64,000 nt of DNA from Octopus sinensis (lineage: Eukaryota): NCBI RefSeq assembly GCF_006345805.1, contig NC_043023.1, forward strand, positions 17,794,001-17,858,000. The letters run 5' to 3'. The notes beneath the pieces are model-generated. The model was given only the letters and a program-made list of their open reading frames with translations. It searched no databases and had not been told where the DNA came from. Each line of letters starts with the position of its first letter. Position 1 is the first letter of the stretch. The translations under genes were made by a program, and so were the position numbers. Shown here piece by piece: positions 1 through 11,500 of this stretch.

Positions 1-761
1 ATTGAGGTGTAGCAATAACCATTTTAGCCATTTTGAATTGTGGCGCGAATTGGCAAAATTACGTAATGTCTTTGCCGAAGAATTATCATTTTCGTTTTTT
101 CCCATTGTTTAATATAACTGCTCATATAATGATTCTAGAAGTTTCGAAAAGAATATCTGTCATGGATTCTTTTTAAGTCAGGTTGAGCAGTTATAAAAAA
201 CCCTGGATTTTGGAAAATATATCAGTGTTCGTTTGGTAGTCACTCAACTCCACGTCACTCACTCTTTTGGAGACATCGGTAATTTTTATGCCATGTCTAA
301 GTTAATCACAAATCTATTTTGATTTGTTGGTTAACGTATTAGATAGAAAGAAGAAATTAGCTAAGGAATTTAAAGTCGTTTTTTCTCCACGACAAAGTTA
401 TCTTTCTTACTGTAAAAAAAGTATAAAATATTACATTTGTATAATAAAAAATAATTAAAAAGAATATGTTTCTCTTCACGTTTGTTTTTCAACTGAGCAT
501 AGATAAATATGCATTTCTGTAATCTTTGTTTTATGTTTCTTATAGCGGTTTAAAGGACACGATTAAAATATTCGACATACATGGTCGTTGATGTAGCGTT
601 CCATGCGTATATGTCTATACGACGTTATAACTGCAGTTAGGGTTTTAGTTATAATGATAACACTTGAGTATAAGTGACGTTGAATCATTATATTCTTACT
701 TACTCAGAAAAAAGCCTAAATAAATAATATAAGCTAAGAGAAGGCTTAAGGTAGAATAACC

Positions 762-1152
762 GAAAACCGCCGTAGAGGCTTTGAAGGCTAAGTATGGTGA
801 TTTAGAAATTTCTCGTTTTCTGAAATTTGCATAAGATTAGGTGTGAGTTAGAGGAAGAAGATGGAAGCGTATTACCTGTGTCAAAACGTACAAAACATTT
901 TAAGGAATCTGATCCTAGCAGCACGCCTGAACGTATTCAGGTGCTTAAGCAAAACGTTGAAGACAAGCCAGGAAAATCAATGAAGTCAATCACAAAAAGT
1001 TTCGAATCAGAAAAAAACCAACAATCAGAAATTTTGTGCTTGAAGACATCAGATACAAATCTTACGTCATAAGGAGAGTTAAATTCATGTCAGAAAAAAA
1101 AAAGAAAACAAAATCATTTAATCAGATCCAAAATACTTTTGAACAAATTTTA
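762..1152 (+). mobile_element. Degenerate Tc1/mariner-superfamily transposase N-terminal fragment
   Basis: Frameshifted translation KTAVEALKAKYGDLEISRFLKF..HKIRCELEEEDGSVLPVSKRTKH..PERIQVLKQNVEDKPGKSMKSI..EDIRYKSYVIRRVKFMSEK..NHLIRSKILLNK resembles the HTH region of mariner-like transposases; no catalytic domain or TIRs seen. Confidence 0.7.
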
Positions 1153-1960
1153 AGTGTCATCAGAAGATATTGTGATTTGGTTTGTCTCAGCGTTTCTTTG
1201 TAATCTATAAAACTCTTTTCAAATACCTTCCGTACCTTCTATATTGTTGTGTCCTACTCGACACTAATTTGTCCCACCTCATCACGACGTACTTCGTCGT
1301 CTGTGAGACCAGCCCGAACAGCGTCCTCGCCGCCTGAAACTGCTGACTGTGTTAGTCCATTATTTCTTAGTAGTGGAGAAACTCACTTCGCACATGGAGG
1401 CGTCCGCCACAACACCTCCCACTTTGAGGTTTGTTTCTATTTCTTCTAACCAGAATTATACACACACACACACACACGCATACACACACACACACACATA
1501 TATATATATATGTGTGTGTATGTGTGTGTGTTCAAAATTTACACGCTATTATTATACATGTATAGTTCATTTCTACATCTTTCCCTTTCGCTACACTTTT
1601 CTCGGCAGAAGGGTATCATTGAGATTAGGAACAAGACACACACGACAGATGTACTAAAATCTATACACGTACACATTTATAAAGGATGAATTGTCTTATT
1701 TATTTTTATTTGGTTCAGTCTATTTAAAATCTCAAGGAAACAACATCTAATCTCTTTATGTCAATTAGCCCGGTTGAGATTTTGCTCATATAATATTCTA
1801 ACTGCAAATTTCATTTATTTTTTATGAATTTGTAACCGGTATTGAGTAAAAGTGAAACGATTGTAGGTATTCTAATTATCTATGAGTTAATAAATTAGAT
1901 TATATCTATATACTCTCTATTTTCGTCTTGTTTATCATATGCTACATTTTTAATACGCAA

Positions 1961-2009
<49 letters not shown>

Positions 2010-2011
2010 AA

Positions 2012-2360
2012 TTCTATTTCCTCCAGCGCCGCCGTGAGCGATACATCATTTGAACGATATAGAGAATAATCCATCACCATTCCCCCAACGACCTCAAATT
2101 TAGTTTCAGAATCCATCCAAGGTTAGGACCTTTGGCCGTACAATTCAGACTCACAAAACATTAAGACACTGCCACACAAATTCCTTTCCTCAACAGCCAC
2201 TGCCTTATTTAACATTGTCTCAAAACAGATCAATGAGAGAAAGGACCCCATAACATTTGAAGGGAATCTGGAGAAATTTTCTTCAAGGGATGTCAGTAAA
2301 CCACATATTCCTGGATACAAATGAATCAACAAGAAGTCCTTACTCGAATGGGCCATGATA
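2012..2360 (+). mobile_element. CR1-group LINE 3' end fragment
   Basis: Translates with stops to LQRRRERYII..FRIHPRLGP..KFLSSTATALFNIVSKQINERKDPITFEGNLEKF..KPHIPGY..NKKSLLEW, the typical CR1-type ORF2 C-terminus. Confidence 0.7.
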
Positions 2361-3478
2361 CCACAAAATATGACATAGGAAGGATTTAGCAAATCCCATC
2401 CGGTTGTACTATTAAGTTAGACATGACCTGGACCCATCTTTGGTCGAAACATCTCTAAATTACATATATCTTCGACCATACCTAAGGAAGACGATTTATT
2501 GCATAGTAGGCTCCGAAACAGCGTGATGTGTATTACTACCACAAACCACCGGGTTTTCTTAAGCACCTGAAAGTCATGGACAGGCTAGACAACTCGCCCT
2601 AAATTCCATTCAGTGGGGATGGGCGTCGATGCTTAACAACTTGTACTTTGACAGGATGATACCCACTTCGTTGAATCGCATTCTACCTTCAAACAAATAA
2701 CACATTAAGTATTTGATCGATGAAGCTTATAACACGAGTGCTGCTTCTATTTCACTTTTGAATATTCTGTTTCATATAAAGATTAATATCCTCTCTTGGC
2801 ATTTCCAAGTATTTGATACCACGGAAAAGGATTCAATTATGGATTAGATTTTAAGCCATTTAACATATAGTTATAGTCTGTGATATAGCTTGCAGCAGAT
2901 CTTGTTCGGTACGTGACATTGAAAGTCACAACAATGACCATGCATCGTTGTCTGTCACTCAGAAAAAGGGACTTGATGTAAGTTGCTTCACTTCCCTCTA
3001 ACTTACGTTCAGGTGTTTTTAAGAATATATTCTCCTAAACCTGAAACGCAGCCGACACATCAACTAACATCGCACACACTCACATAAATATATATATGTG
3101 TATATGTGTGAGTGTGTGTTATGTGTGCGTGTGTGTATGCGTGTGTGTGCATGCGTGTATGTGTGTGTGCATTGTCGACTGACATTTCTCTTGACAGGAC
3201 GCCGATTTTAAATAAAGTGTTTTATAGTAATAATATACAAATTAGTGTCTCCAGGTGTCAGAAGTTACAAGAACTGTTGTTTATATAAACAGCTGTGTTA
3301 CTTGTTTCTCTGGGATTGGTCAAGTGGTGTACGCACCTACAATGGGAACGCAATAAAGTTTGAAAACTGATTACGGCGATTATACCTTTTCATATATGAA
3401 CTATTATACAATTTTCTTATTAAGCACTCACGTCTAATAAATCAGGTTAAATTATATAAGAAAATAAACATCGCTTAC

Positions 3479-3662
3479 CAATGGAATGTTTCTCCTTACC
3501 TAAGTTTCCGGTGTAACAACTAACACAAGAAGCGCCACTGGTCCATTTATTGCATGTAAAGGTATTGTTTCTCAGAGCTGCAAGACATTTTCTGTATGTG
3601 CTGCAGGATTTTTCAAACTCCAGTGTAACACCATTCATCGTTGTCTTATTTTCACATACAGG
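3479..3662 (-). CDS. Exon of the LRR receptor gene: second half of a Ly6/uPAR-like Cys-rich domain
   Basis: caacAG acceptor and GTAAG donor; 184 nt, phase 0 to 1; PVCENKTTMNGVTLEFEKSCSTYRKCLAALRNNTFTCNKWTSGASCVSCYTGNLGKEKHSI; joins in frame to exon 6467-6558. Confidence 0.85.
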
Positions 3663-4644
3663 CTGTTGCAATAAATACAAAAATCATATACTACTACCAC
3701 TTCTGCTGCTGAAGATACTACTACTACTGCTGCTGCAAGCAACAGCAACAGCATAGGGAATATTTAGTATGAGCGAAAGTTAAATGAATCATTATTCAAA
3801 AACTTATCGAAAAGCAACGAATTGGATCGATACAAACTGATGAAATCTTGAAAGACAACTGCATAAGCAATGTTCTGGGGATTTACTTATATTTATCGCT
3901 TGTAAATGATGTGTGATATATGTTGAAGATACCTAACGCTATCATATCAACACCGCTCTGTCACCCATTCCCAAACGCAGAAAAAAGGAAATGATAAATT
4001 CCATTGAAAACCTTATCATTTAACCGATAATTTTTGCGTATTGCACAGTGAAGTCTTCATAGAAAGTGTACGAAATATCTTAGGTGTGAACCTCAGCAAC
4101 TACGGAAACAAGCGCAGCGGTACCTGCCGTAAATAAGGATAATCAAATAAAGGGCTGGACTTAAACACTCAGGTTTTGCAAATAAAACAGAAAATGCATA
4201 AATGGATTCAAAAGGTAGAGTATATATTTCTCATCAGCATGCATATTCTATTGCAATAAAATGAAGATACACTATATTCGCATAAAAGTTGGAGAGAAAA
4301 TATCCCAGATTCAGAAGAATCACTGAAGAACATCACACTTCTTGATAATTCTTTCTTGAAACGATGGATCATGAATTAGGCAAGCTATAAATAATAGAGT
4401 GTTAATATTGGTTTAGAAAACCCCTTGGATAAAAATGGTGTCGGAGGCTGCCTGCGGGATTCGAACCCACATCTCCTCTTAGTGTTGTAACATCAGAACA
4501 AGGCAATCCTTCAAATCTCTCTACCCGTTTTAGAAACTTCATTGTTATCAGCGAAAATTCTATGTTGCTGACGTCTTAATAATTTACAAACTTCAAAAAC
4601 AAACGAAGTAATTATTTCTGTAAAGTTGGATATATATCCCAATA

Positions 4645-6310
4645 ATAATGATTATAATAATCAGTTTTGTATTTTGGTAATGGGCGACTGATGAGTGGCC
4701 AATACAAATAAAGACATAAAGTGTGTGGATGCTCATAGAATGGAATTGTAAATATACGGAAATAAGCATGCACGGTATAAAAGAGAATGGCATACGAGTT
4801 TAAAGATGATGGTGATGTGATCCTCGTAATGGAGGAGGACCTCTGGAACCAATCGAAGAACCCCACCATCCAACCTCACCCTGAATATTAAAGGCAACTG
4901 CCCTCTCCAATTAATTTTCTTCCGTCACACGGGTCTATACGTTTAGAGCAGTGCCATTCGCTCTTGCGACGTCAACCGTCTTCGCCAACCTTTCAATAAA
5001 TTCACTTATGGACAGCCCCTTCCTCTTCTCATACAATTTATTTCTTAATTGAATCTTGAAGAAGTCAATGAGGCCTCGACTAAAAGAGGAATGTCTTAGA
5101 ACTCATAACTTACAACTTACACACAACCTCCTTCGTTATAGTCACCAGACAGAGGAAAACTACTTTCCCTACTCTGATAAAGGTTGTTGGCGGAGCATTC
5201 ATCATGATGCACTCGGTTGATAGCCAGAACCGTCCCCCATCATACAGGAGTTGTTTATCATAATTCCATAAATCACTTTGAACGAGTGACTGCAGAATGA
5301 TTTCGTCTGGCATGTATTACTAAAACCCGAAAGGCGGACCATCAAAACCGGACAATTTACGCCTTGTGCAAGAGTCTATTGCTCTCAATATTTCAAATGA
5401 TGTAATCGGCTTCTCGATACACTGCACATCTGCCGATTGTCCATCGATATAAGTACTGCAGAACACTACTGTCTCCGATCCATTGCCTGTCCCGAACACA
5501 TGAACGAAATGCTGCGGGAAAGCTTCACATCTCTGCGTGAACCCAATCGATAGCACTTCGCTAAACGCTCTCTAACTTAAACGTCATCTTCGTCCCTTTA
5601 AGGACGCACTACCACTGGTTGTGGATGATTATCCCTCTCAACTATTGCATTGCTTCACAGATTTATTAGTGTAACCCCTGTAATCTTTGCAAGCTCGAAG
5701 ACACACGTCCAACATTCACTTTAAACTAAGGGTATCCTACACTATCCTTATCTGCTGGCATAACAGTCTTTCAAGATACGATTAAGATGACCAATCTGGG
5801 ATGCTCCGAGTCTGTACATTTACATCAGGAAAATCCAGTCATAAATATATAGACCCCTGGAACCGTTAAAGCAGGATTTCGATGTTCTTTGTAGCCCCTT
5901 CTTTGCATTACTCTCACACAGCCTTTTGTATAAAGTGCAGTTTCAAATTCACCTAATTGAGATCGAGGGTTCCCTAGGAAACCTTTCTGATGCCCTGAGA
6001 AATCGATCCCCCTTCACACAGTATCACACAACTACTAAACTGGGAATACCACCTTCACTGTACGAATGCATTGCTTTCAGAACATCGTTGTGGAGCATCT
6101 GGTAGCACAGATGTGGAGAATAACTGCCCATACTTTGAAATTCAGTGACGTGCCTGATAACATAGCCATCGTTCAAACGAAAATTCTAAGATACAGGAAT
6201 ATCTCATAAGTCATGCGATTGGAGGTCCCTGAACAACGAACCTTGCTTCCAAATTGACTCCAAGGCACGTATGTTCACACATTCCACTGATCCATGGTGT
6301 TCTGCTGATT
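4645..6310 (-). mobile_element. Degenerate, internally deleted Tx1/L1-clade LINE
   Basis: Endonuclease-like start (NIRALESIWKQGSLFRDLQSH) near 6270, C-terminal PTTFIRVGKVVFLCLVTITKEVV near 5150, 3' UTR and (ATT)n tail near 4645-4800; homologous to other copies in this window. Confidence 0.75.
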
Positions 6311-6466
6311 GAAGGATAGAAAGACTGAGAGGGTGTCTGTATCTACTTATGATTTCATTGGCATCTATAACAATTAGCAAAATCTTGGTACAGGTTACGT
6401 AGCCATATTGGCTTTAAGTGAGGGTTAAGTGTATATTAAAAAGAAGAAAGTAACATTTCAGCTTAC

Positions 6467-6558
6467 CTCATCGCCTGTACAGGTTGTCACTTCTGATTCC
6501 TTGCATGTAAAACCTGAACATGTTTGACACTGCAAATTGCGTTGAAATAACGAGTAAT
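6467..6558 (-). CDS. Exon of the LRR receptor gene: first half of the Ly6/uPAR-like domain
   Basis: gtatAG acceptor and GTAAGC donor; 92 nt, phase 1 to 0; YSLFQRNLQCQTCSGFTCKESEVTTCTGDE; in frame with both neighbouring exons. Confidence 0.85.
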
Positions 6559-7062
6559 CTATACAATACAAAAATATCCGTACTTAGGAACCAAATATGT
6601 AATGTATAAGAATAAGAGGAAATAAACACTTTGTGGTGTAAACCAAATGTAAAAGTGTTAAGGTTGAAATCAATACATGTGAGATATTTAAAGAAAATTA
6701 GTAATGAAGACTATAAGAGCATGTTACGACTTTCATTTACAATTATTTCAGTCGTTAGAATTTCAACTGAGAATACTATGGAAGCTATTTGATGGCCTTT
6801 TCTATTTGTATTTTGCTCTCTCAAAAAAGTGCTAAAATTGTGGAAGAACTCAATTAAAGGGAAATAATTCTGAACTGGTGATTTATGCTTTTGTAGAATG
6901 AACTCCTTTATAAAATCTGTGAATGTCATTAAAATTTTCTGACAACTGATGTTGCTGTGTTTACCTCGCCATAACCTAGCGGTTGGGAAAAAGACACTGA
7001 TAATACTGGAAACTTGCAGGCTTGTGGGGTCATCAGGAGAAACTACACACACACACGCACAG

Positions 7063-7107
<45 letters not shown>

Positions 7108-7130
7108 TATATATATGTGTATATATATAA

Positions 7131-7173
<43 letters not shown>

Positions 7174-7254
7174 ATATATACATATATATATACATATATA
7201 TATATATCACATACATATCTATATATCTATCTATCTATATATACTATATAAGGG

Positions 7255-7800
7255 ATCGCATCTAAGTAGCTACATGACGCGCGAATCTGCGTGCATAAAC
7301 CTTCGAAGAGGGGAAGTCATCGATTTCCCTCTGCTGGTTTCACACTCACTGACCGGTTTCGGGGTAATTACTCTTTATCAATGTAGAGCAGCAGGGTTCA
7401 GTAGGGGTCACTTTTAACCTCTGTTTGAAGATTCTATTCAGTGAAACACATTCCCCGACTTTCAGAAACAGAAACGTTATTATTTCAAAATCTCAGCAGT
7501 AAGAGGTATTAATAGATATTGCCAAACTAACTTGGCAGTCCAGAGAAATAGAACGAATGCTGAACAGAGGTCAACAGCGACCTCTGCTGGCCCCGGCTGC
7601 TCCACATTGATAAGGAGTAACTACCCCGAAACCGGTCTGTTGATGCCAAGCCAGCAAGGGGAAGCTGATAACCTATCCCGTTCGAAGGTTTATGGACGCA
7701 GGCTTGTGCGTTATATAGCTAGCTAGAGGCGATCTGAGCTAATCAACAGCAGAATTGGTCCTATATCTATGGACTACCTCATTAGTTTGGCAATAAATAA
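7255..7800. mobile_element. Two head-to-head copies of a short foldback repeat carrying hammerhead-like cores (copy A, left copy truncated)
   Basis: 7255-7398 is the reverse complement of 7596-7735 at roughly 75-80% identity; contains TTGATAA-stem-GAAACCGGTC. Confidence 0.65.
7604..7640 (+). ncRNA. Minimal type I hammerhead ribozyme-like motif, U3-A8 core variant
   Basis: ACA TTGATAA GGAGTA-ac-TACCCC GAAA CCGGTC TGT: 3-bp helix I, helix II with one mismatch, palindromic ACCGGT helix III, GUC triplet. Confidence 0.55.
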
Positions 7801-7948
7801 GTATCAGTTGAACGCTGCCGTCGATGTAATCGACTAATTCCCTCCTCACAAAATGATGTTATATATATATATATATTTATATGTATATATATGTATGTAT
7901 GTATGTATATATATATATATAAATATATATATATATATTATATATATA

Positions 7949-7983
<35 letters not shown>

Positions 7984-8139
7984 ATGTATGTATGTATATA
8001 TATATATATATTATGTATGTTATTTTTGTTTGTCGTTTTCATAAATAGTCAACATTTTAATGTCCTAAAGTTGATGAACCAACTAATGTGCTTTTCCATT
8101 TTCTTATTTGCAATGTATATATATATATATATATATATA

Positions 8140-9215
8140 GTGATATGGAGGTCAGTTGAGAAACAAGTGCTTGTGGCCTGGTTTCGTGGGTTGGCGCCAG
8201 GCAGACGGATAAAGCCTTTGTCCTGTCGGTTTCTAGAGAGATTAATGGGTTTGGAAGAGACATCTGACCCTTTTCCGGTCAAGGAAAGTTTAAGAAACCA
8301 CCCTGTAATATTCGACGAGCTGGGTTTGTTAGTCAGTTGGCATCGGGATCAGTTTGGGAACAGGTCAGTTCTGGCTGAGACAGTGAGATGGCAACAGGGC
8401 CTTTTGGCAGTTCTGCCTGAGACAGCAAAAGGGCCGGAAGAGACAATCAGTTGGCAAGGGATAGCAGTCGATGCGAGGGTGGTGATGGCGAGAGGCAACG
8501 ACAACGTTGAGAAAGACAAACACAGAGGATTGAGGAGGTGAGGGAGATTGCGGCGTTAAGGCATGGATTGCTGTATAGTAGGAGTTTGTAACTAGAAAAT
8601 GTAACGGTATGTCTTGTTTATGTTTTAATGTGAAATGTAAAAGAAACTAGATTGTGACGTAAGCTGCAATCTGTTGTAAAGAACTAAAAAGAATCGTGAC
8701 AAAAAAGAGCAGGAAAAGAGGAAGAAAAGAAATGAGATTATAAAGAACATTGTGAATTATGTTAAAGGGAAAAAGAAAGAAAGAGAAAGACTTTAATGTT
8801 GAACTTTTTCGAACTATATTGCATCAATTTGAACTGTTTTGATTGTCTGCGGACTTGGTGTATCGTGCATGCCTTTGATTGTTTTCGAACGACGTGTTAT
8901 ATTTAAATGCATTGGTTGTCTTTCATTTTAATTCTGTTGCATGTTATTTTCTTTAATGTATCTGCTATGTATCACATTTTATTTGATGTCGTAATAGTCG
9001 TATAAACTGTTCTTAAATCTAAGCAAATTGCCTTCCGCCGTGTCTCTCTTCCCCCTGTTGTTGTTGTTATCTCCGGTCGCCGGTTCGAGTTCGCTACCAT
9101 CTCCCACCACCGTTTCCTCTCTGTGTGGCGGATTCCCGTTTGACTGAGCTGGTCAATCCTCGTCGCTCGACTTAGTAGGGTCTCGGGTTCGAGTTTGAGA
9201 GACGGCAGGTACGTG

Positions 9216-9218
<3 letters not shown>
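8140..9218 (+). repeat. Unclassified GC-richer repeat inserted in (TA)n, possibly an LTR plus adjacent internal sequence
   Basis: Bounded by TA tracts; 8653-9218 begins TGTGACGTA and ends TACGTGACA; 133-codon open frame at 8143-8541; second copy at 21967-23039. Confidence 0.35.
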
Positions 9219-9270
<52 letters not shown>

Positions 9271-9282
9271 TATATAGATATA

Positions 9283-9316
<34 letters not shown>

Positions 9317-9343
9317 GTGTGTGTTTATATATATATATGTATG

Positions 9344-9379
<36 letters not shown>

Positions 9380-9415
9380 ATTAATATATATGTATGTATA
9401 TATTATATATGTTGT

Positions 9416-9448
<33 letters not shown>

Positions 9449-9469
9449 CATGTGTACCTGTGTGTGTTA

Positions 9470-9855
9470 TTCTCTCTTATTCTTCATTCCTTTACTTGTT
9501 TCAGTCATTTGACTGCGACCATGCTAAAGCACCGCCTTTAGTCGAACAAATGGACCCCATATCTTATTCTTTGTAAGCCTAGTACTTATTCGGTCGTTTA
9601 CGTTGCCGAACCGCCAGGTTACGGGACGTAACACACCAGCATCGGCTATTAAGCGACGGTGAGTGGGACAAGCCTAGATAGACAAACAACACACACACAC
9701 ACACACACCACCATATATATATACACGATGGGTTTCTTTCAGTTTCCCTCTACCAAATCTACCCACAAGGCCTTAGTCGGACGGTGTCATGCAGTGGTAC
9801 TCAAGCCGGAACCATTTGGTTGGAATGCAAGCTTCTTACCACAAAGCCACTCTGT
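9470..9855 (-). mobile_element. Octopus-type SINE cluster with tRNA-derived head
   Basis: Minus strand GGCTTTGTGGTAAGAAGCTTGCATTCCAACCAAATGGTTCCGG is A/B-box-like; body and (CA)n typical of octopod SINEs as I recall them; second copy at about 23235-23630. Confidence 0.65.
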
Positions 9856-9964
9856 GTACGTGTGTATATTGTGTGGGGGTATGTATGTGTACATGTATAT
9901 ATTTACATACAGTCTCTCCTGATATTATGAGCAGGAGAGAATATCCCGAGTTCTCTTTATGGCA

Positions 9965-10170
9965 ATAAGGCACATGACCTGAAATAGTGTGTGGAGAGAT
10001 TTAGTTTAGTACATCGACCACAGTGTTCAATTGATACTTATTTTATCGACCCCGAGTGGGTTAAAAGCAAAATCGTTCTGGACGGAGTTTGAACTATGAC
10101 TGTAATGTTGCACGAAATGTTGCTGGGCGTTTTGTCCGGTGGGCCAACGATTGTGGTAACTCGCCGACCT
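9965..10170 (-). mobile_element. tRNA-derived SINE, second family
   Basis: Minus strand GGCGAGTTACCACAATCGTTGG..GTTCAAACTCCG..GGGGTCGATAAAATAAGTATC; second copy at about 23740-23940. Confidence 0.6.
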
Positions 10171-10218
10171 TGTCAGGGGTAATAACATAACAACAGAAGC
10201 AAGGAAGATTTTACTAAC

Positions 10219-10388
10219 TTTGACATTGCGAGTATTCCATTATAGGTATAATTTTGCTTTGGTTATTGCCTGGATCTGTCTGACACTCGCCTAGGACCCT
10301 CACAGTTCTGCTGAATGTTGATTTAGTATAATTTACCAAGGCTGGCAGGTGACATCCACACATCATATCTTTATTGTTTCTTAGATCA
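10219..10388 (-). CDS. LRR C-terminal cap (LRRCT) exon, copy A
   Basis: tttcAG acceptor and GTTAGT donor; 170 nt, phase 2 to 1; DLRNNKDMMCGCHLPALVNYTKSTFSRTVRVLGECQTDPGNNQSKIIPIMEYSQCQ with CxC..C..C pattern; in frame with 36138-36209 upstream and 6467-6558 downstream. Confidence 0.85.
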
Positions 10389-11204
10389 CTGAAATTATAA
10401 ACAAAACCCTAAGTGAATGTACTTGAGAGGTAAAGAGAAGCCACTGTTGTATTTGACAAGAAAGAAGGATAATATAATTCCAGCAAGAATATAAAAATAA
10501 CGACATTCATGTTTCGTCCCAGAAGATGTTGATAACAGCAATAAATTGATGTGGTTTCTGGTGGAAACCGAAAATATGTTAATTTCCTACTCTCTTATAG
10601 CCTATGTCTTGAATAATAAAAGTTAATTTAAACAAGGATAATATTTAGAACCACGTAAACCGATCCCTTTAAATGATGGATTAGGGGCGGTTTGGTGCCA
10701 GAAATTAGATGGGGGAAATTCGGTGCCTCAGGTATTGAGTAAAACATTTTAGACGCAATTTTCTGTCGCAAAAGCTTTGAGATGTGAACCTATAACAGGA
10801 AGGCATTAAAGTAAACTTAACTCACCATCCTGTGTAATAGAGAGAAGAACTGCGTAAATCACAATTTTTTTTTAAATCGTTGACGCTAAAAAAATTTATT
10901 TCACCAGGAGTGAAACATAAGGTAATCATATATATCTTATTTTTTGGTTTTAGTTTTTCTTCTTATTTAAATACGGCGATAAGTATACAAATGTTACTTT
11001 GATAGAAAATATTAAAACTTGCTCAAAAATAAGAATTCATGTTATTATTTTGAAGGAATACAAATTTCTCAGTTATCAGGGAATTAATTAAATCTACGTA
11101 GAATGAAGAGAGGGTATCTTCTTTGATGATAGAAAATTGAAACTTTTAAGACATGCGTAATATAATAAAACATAATCAGTAGACAGCTGACATAATAGAA
11201 CGTT

Positions 11205-11500
11205 TTGAGGTGTAGAGGATATAGAGGATATACGAAATATAGATGGCATGCGATATAGATAAAATACTGCATATAGCTGATATAGATGATATAGATGGCA
11301 TGTTGGATATCGACGACATACTGGTTATAAATGGCATACTGTATATAGATGACATACATAGTATAGATGACATGTGGATATAAGTGATATAGTAGATATG
11401 GAAAATATACAAGTTGCAGATGACAGACGATATACAGACGTAGATGACATGCTTGATGATATATTTACTATAGATGATATACAAAATGTTGATGGCATAC
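11205..11500. repeat. Degenerate 9/18-bp minisatellite (ATAGATGAC/ATACTGTAT-like)
   Basis: Repeating ATAGATGRCAT units; second copy at about 25000-25270 with fewer units. Confidence 0.7.

Noticed and set aside
2425-2525. GACC..GGTC-GAAAC and CTAAGGA..CGAAAC hammerhead look-alikes
   Set aside because: The catalytic cores are missing or broken and helix I is unsupported.
3007-3040. 34-nt AG/GT-bounded segment as the exon after the LU domain
   Set aside because: It gives GLGEYILKNT then a stop, with no independent support.
4445-4490. Reverse-strand GGGTTCGAATCCC B-box suggesting a tRNA gene
   Set aside because: No A box or cloverleaf; at most a SINE or tRNA fragment.
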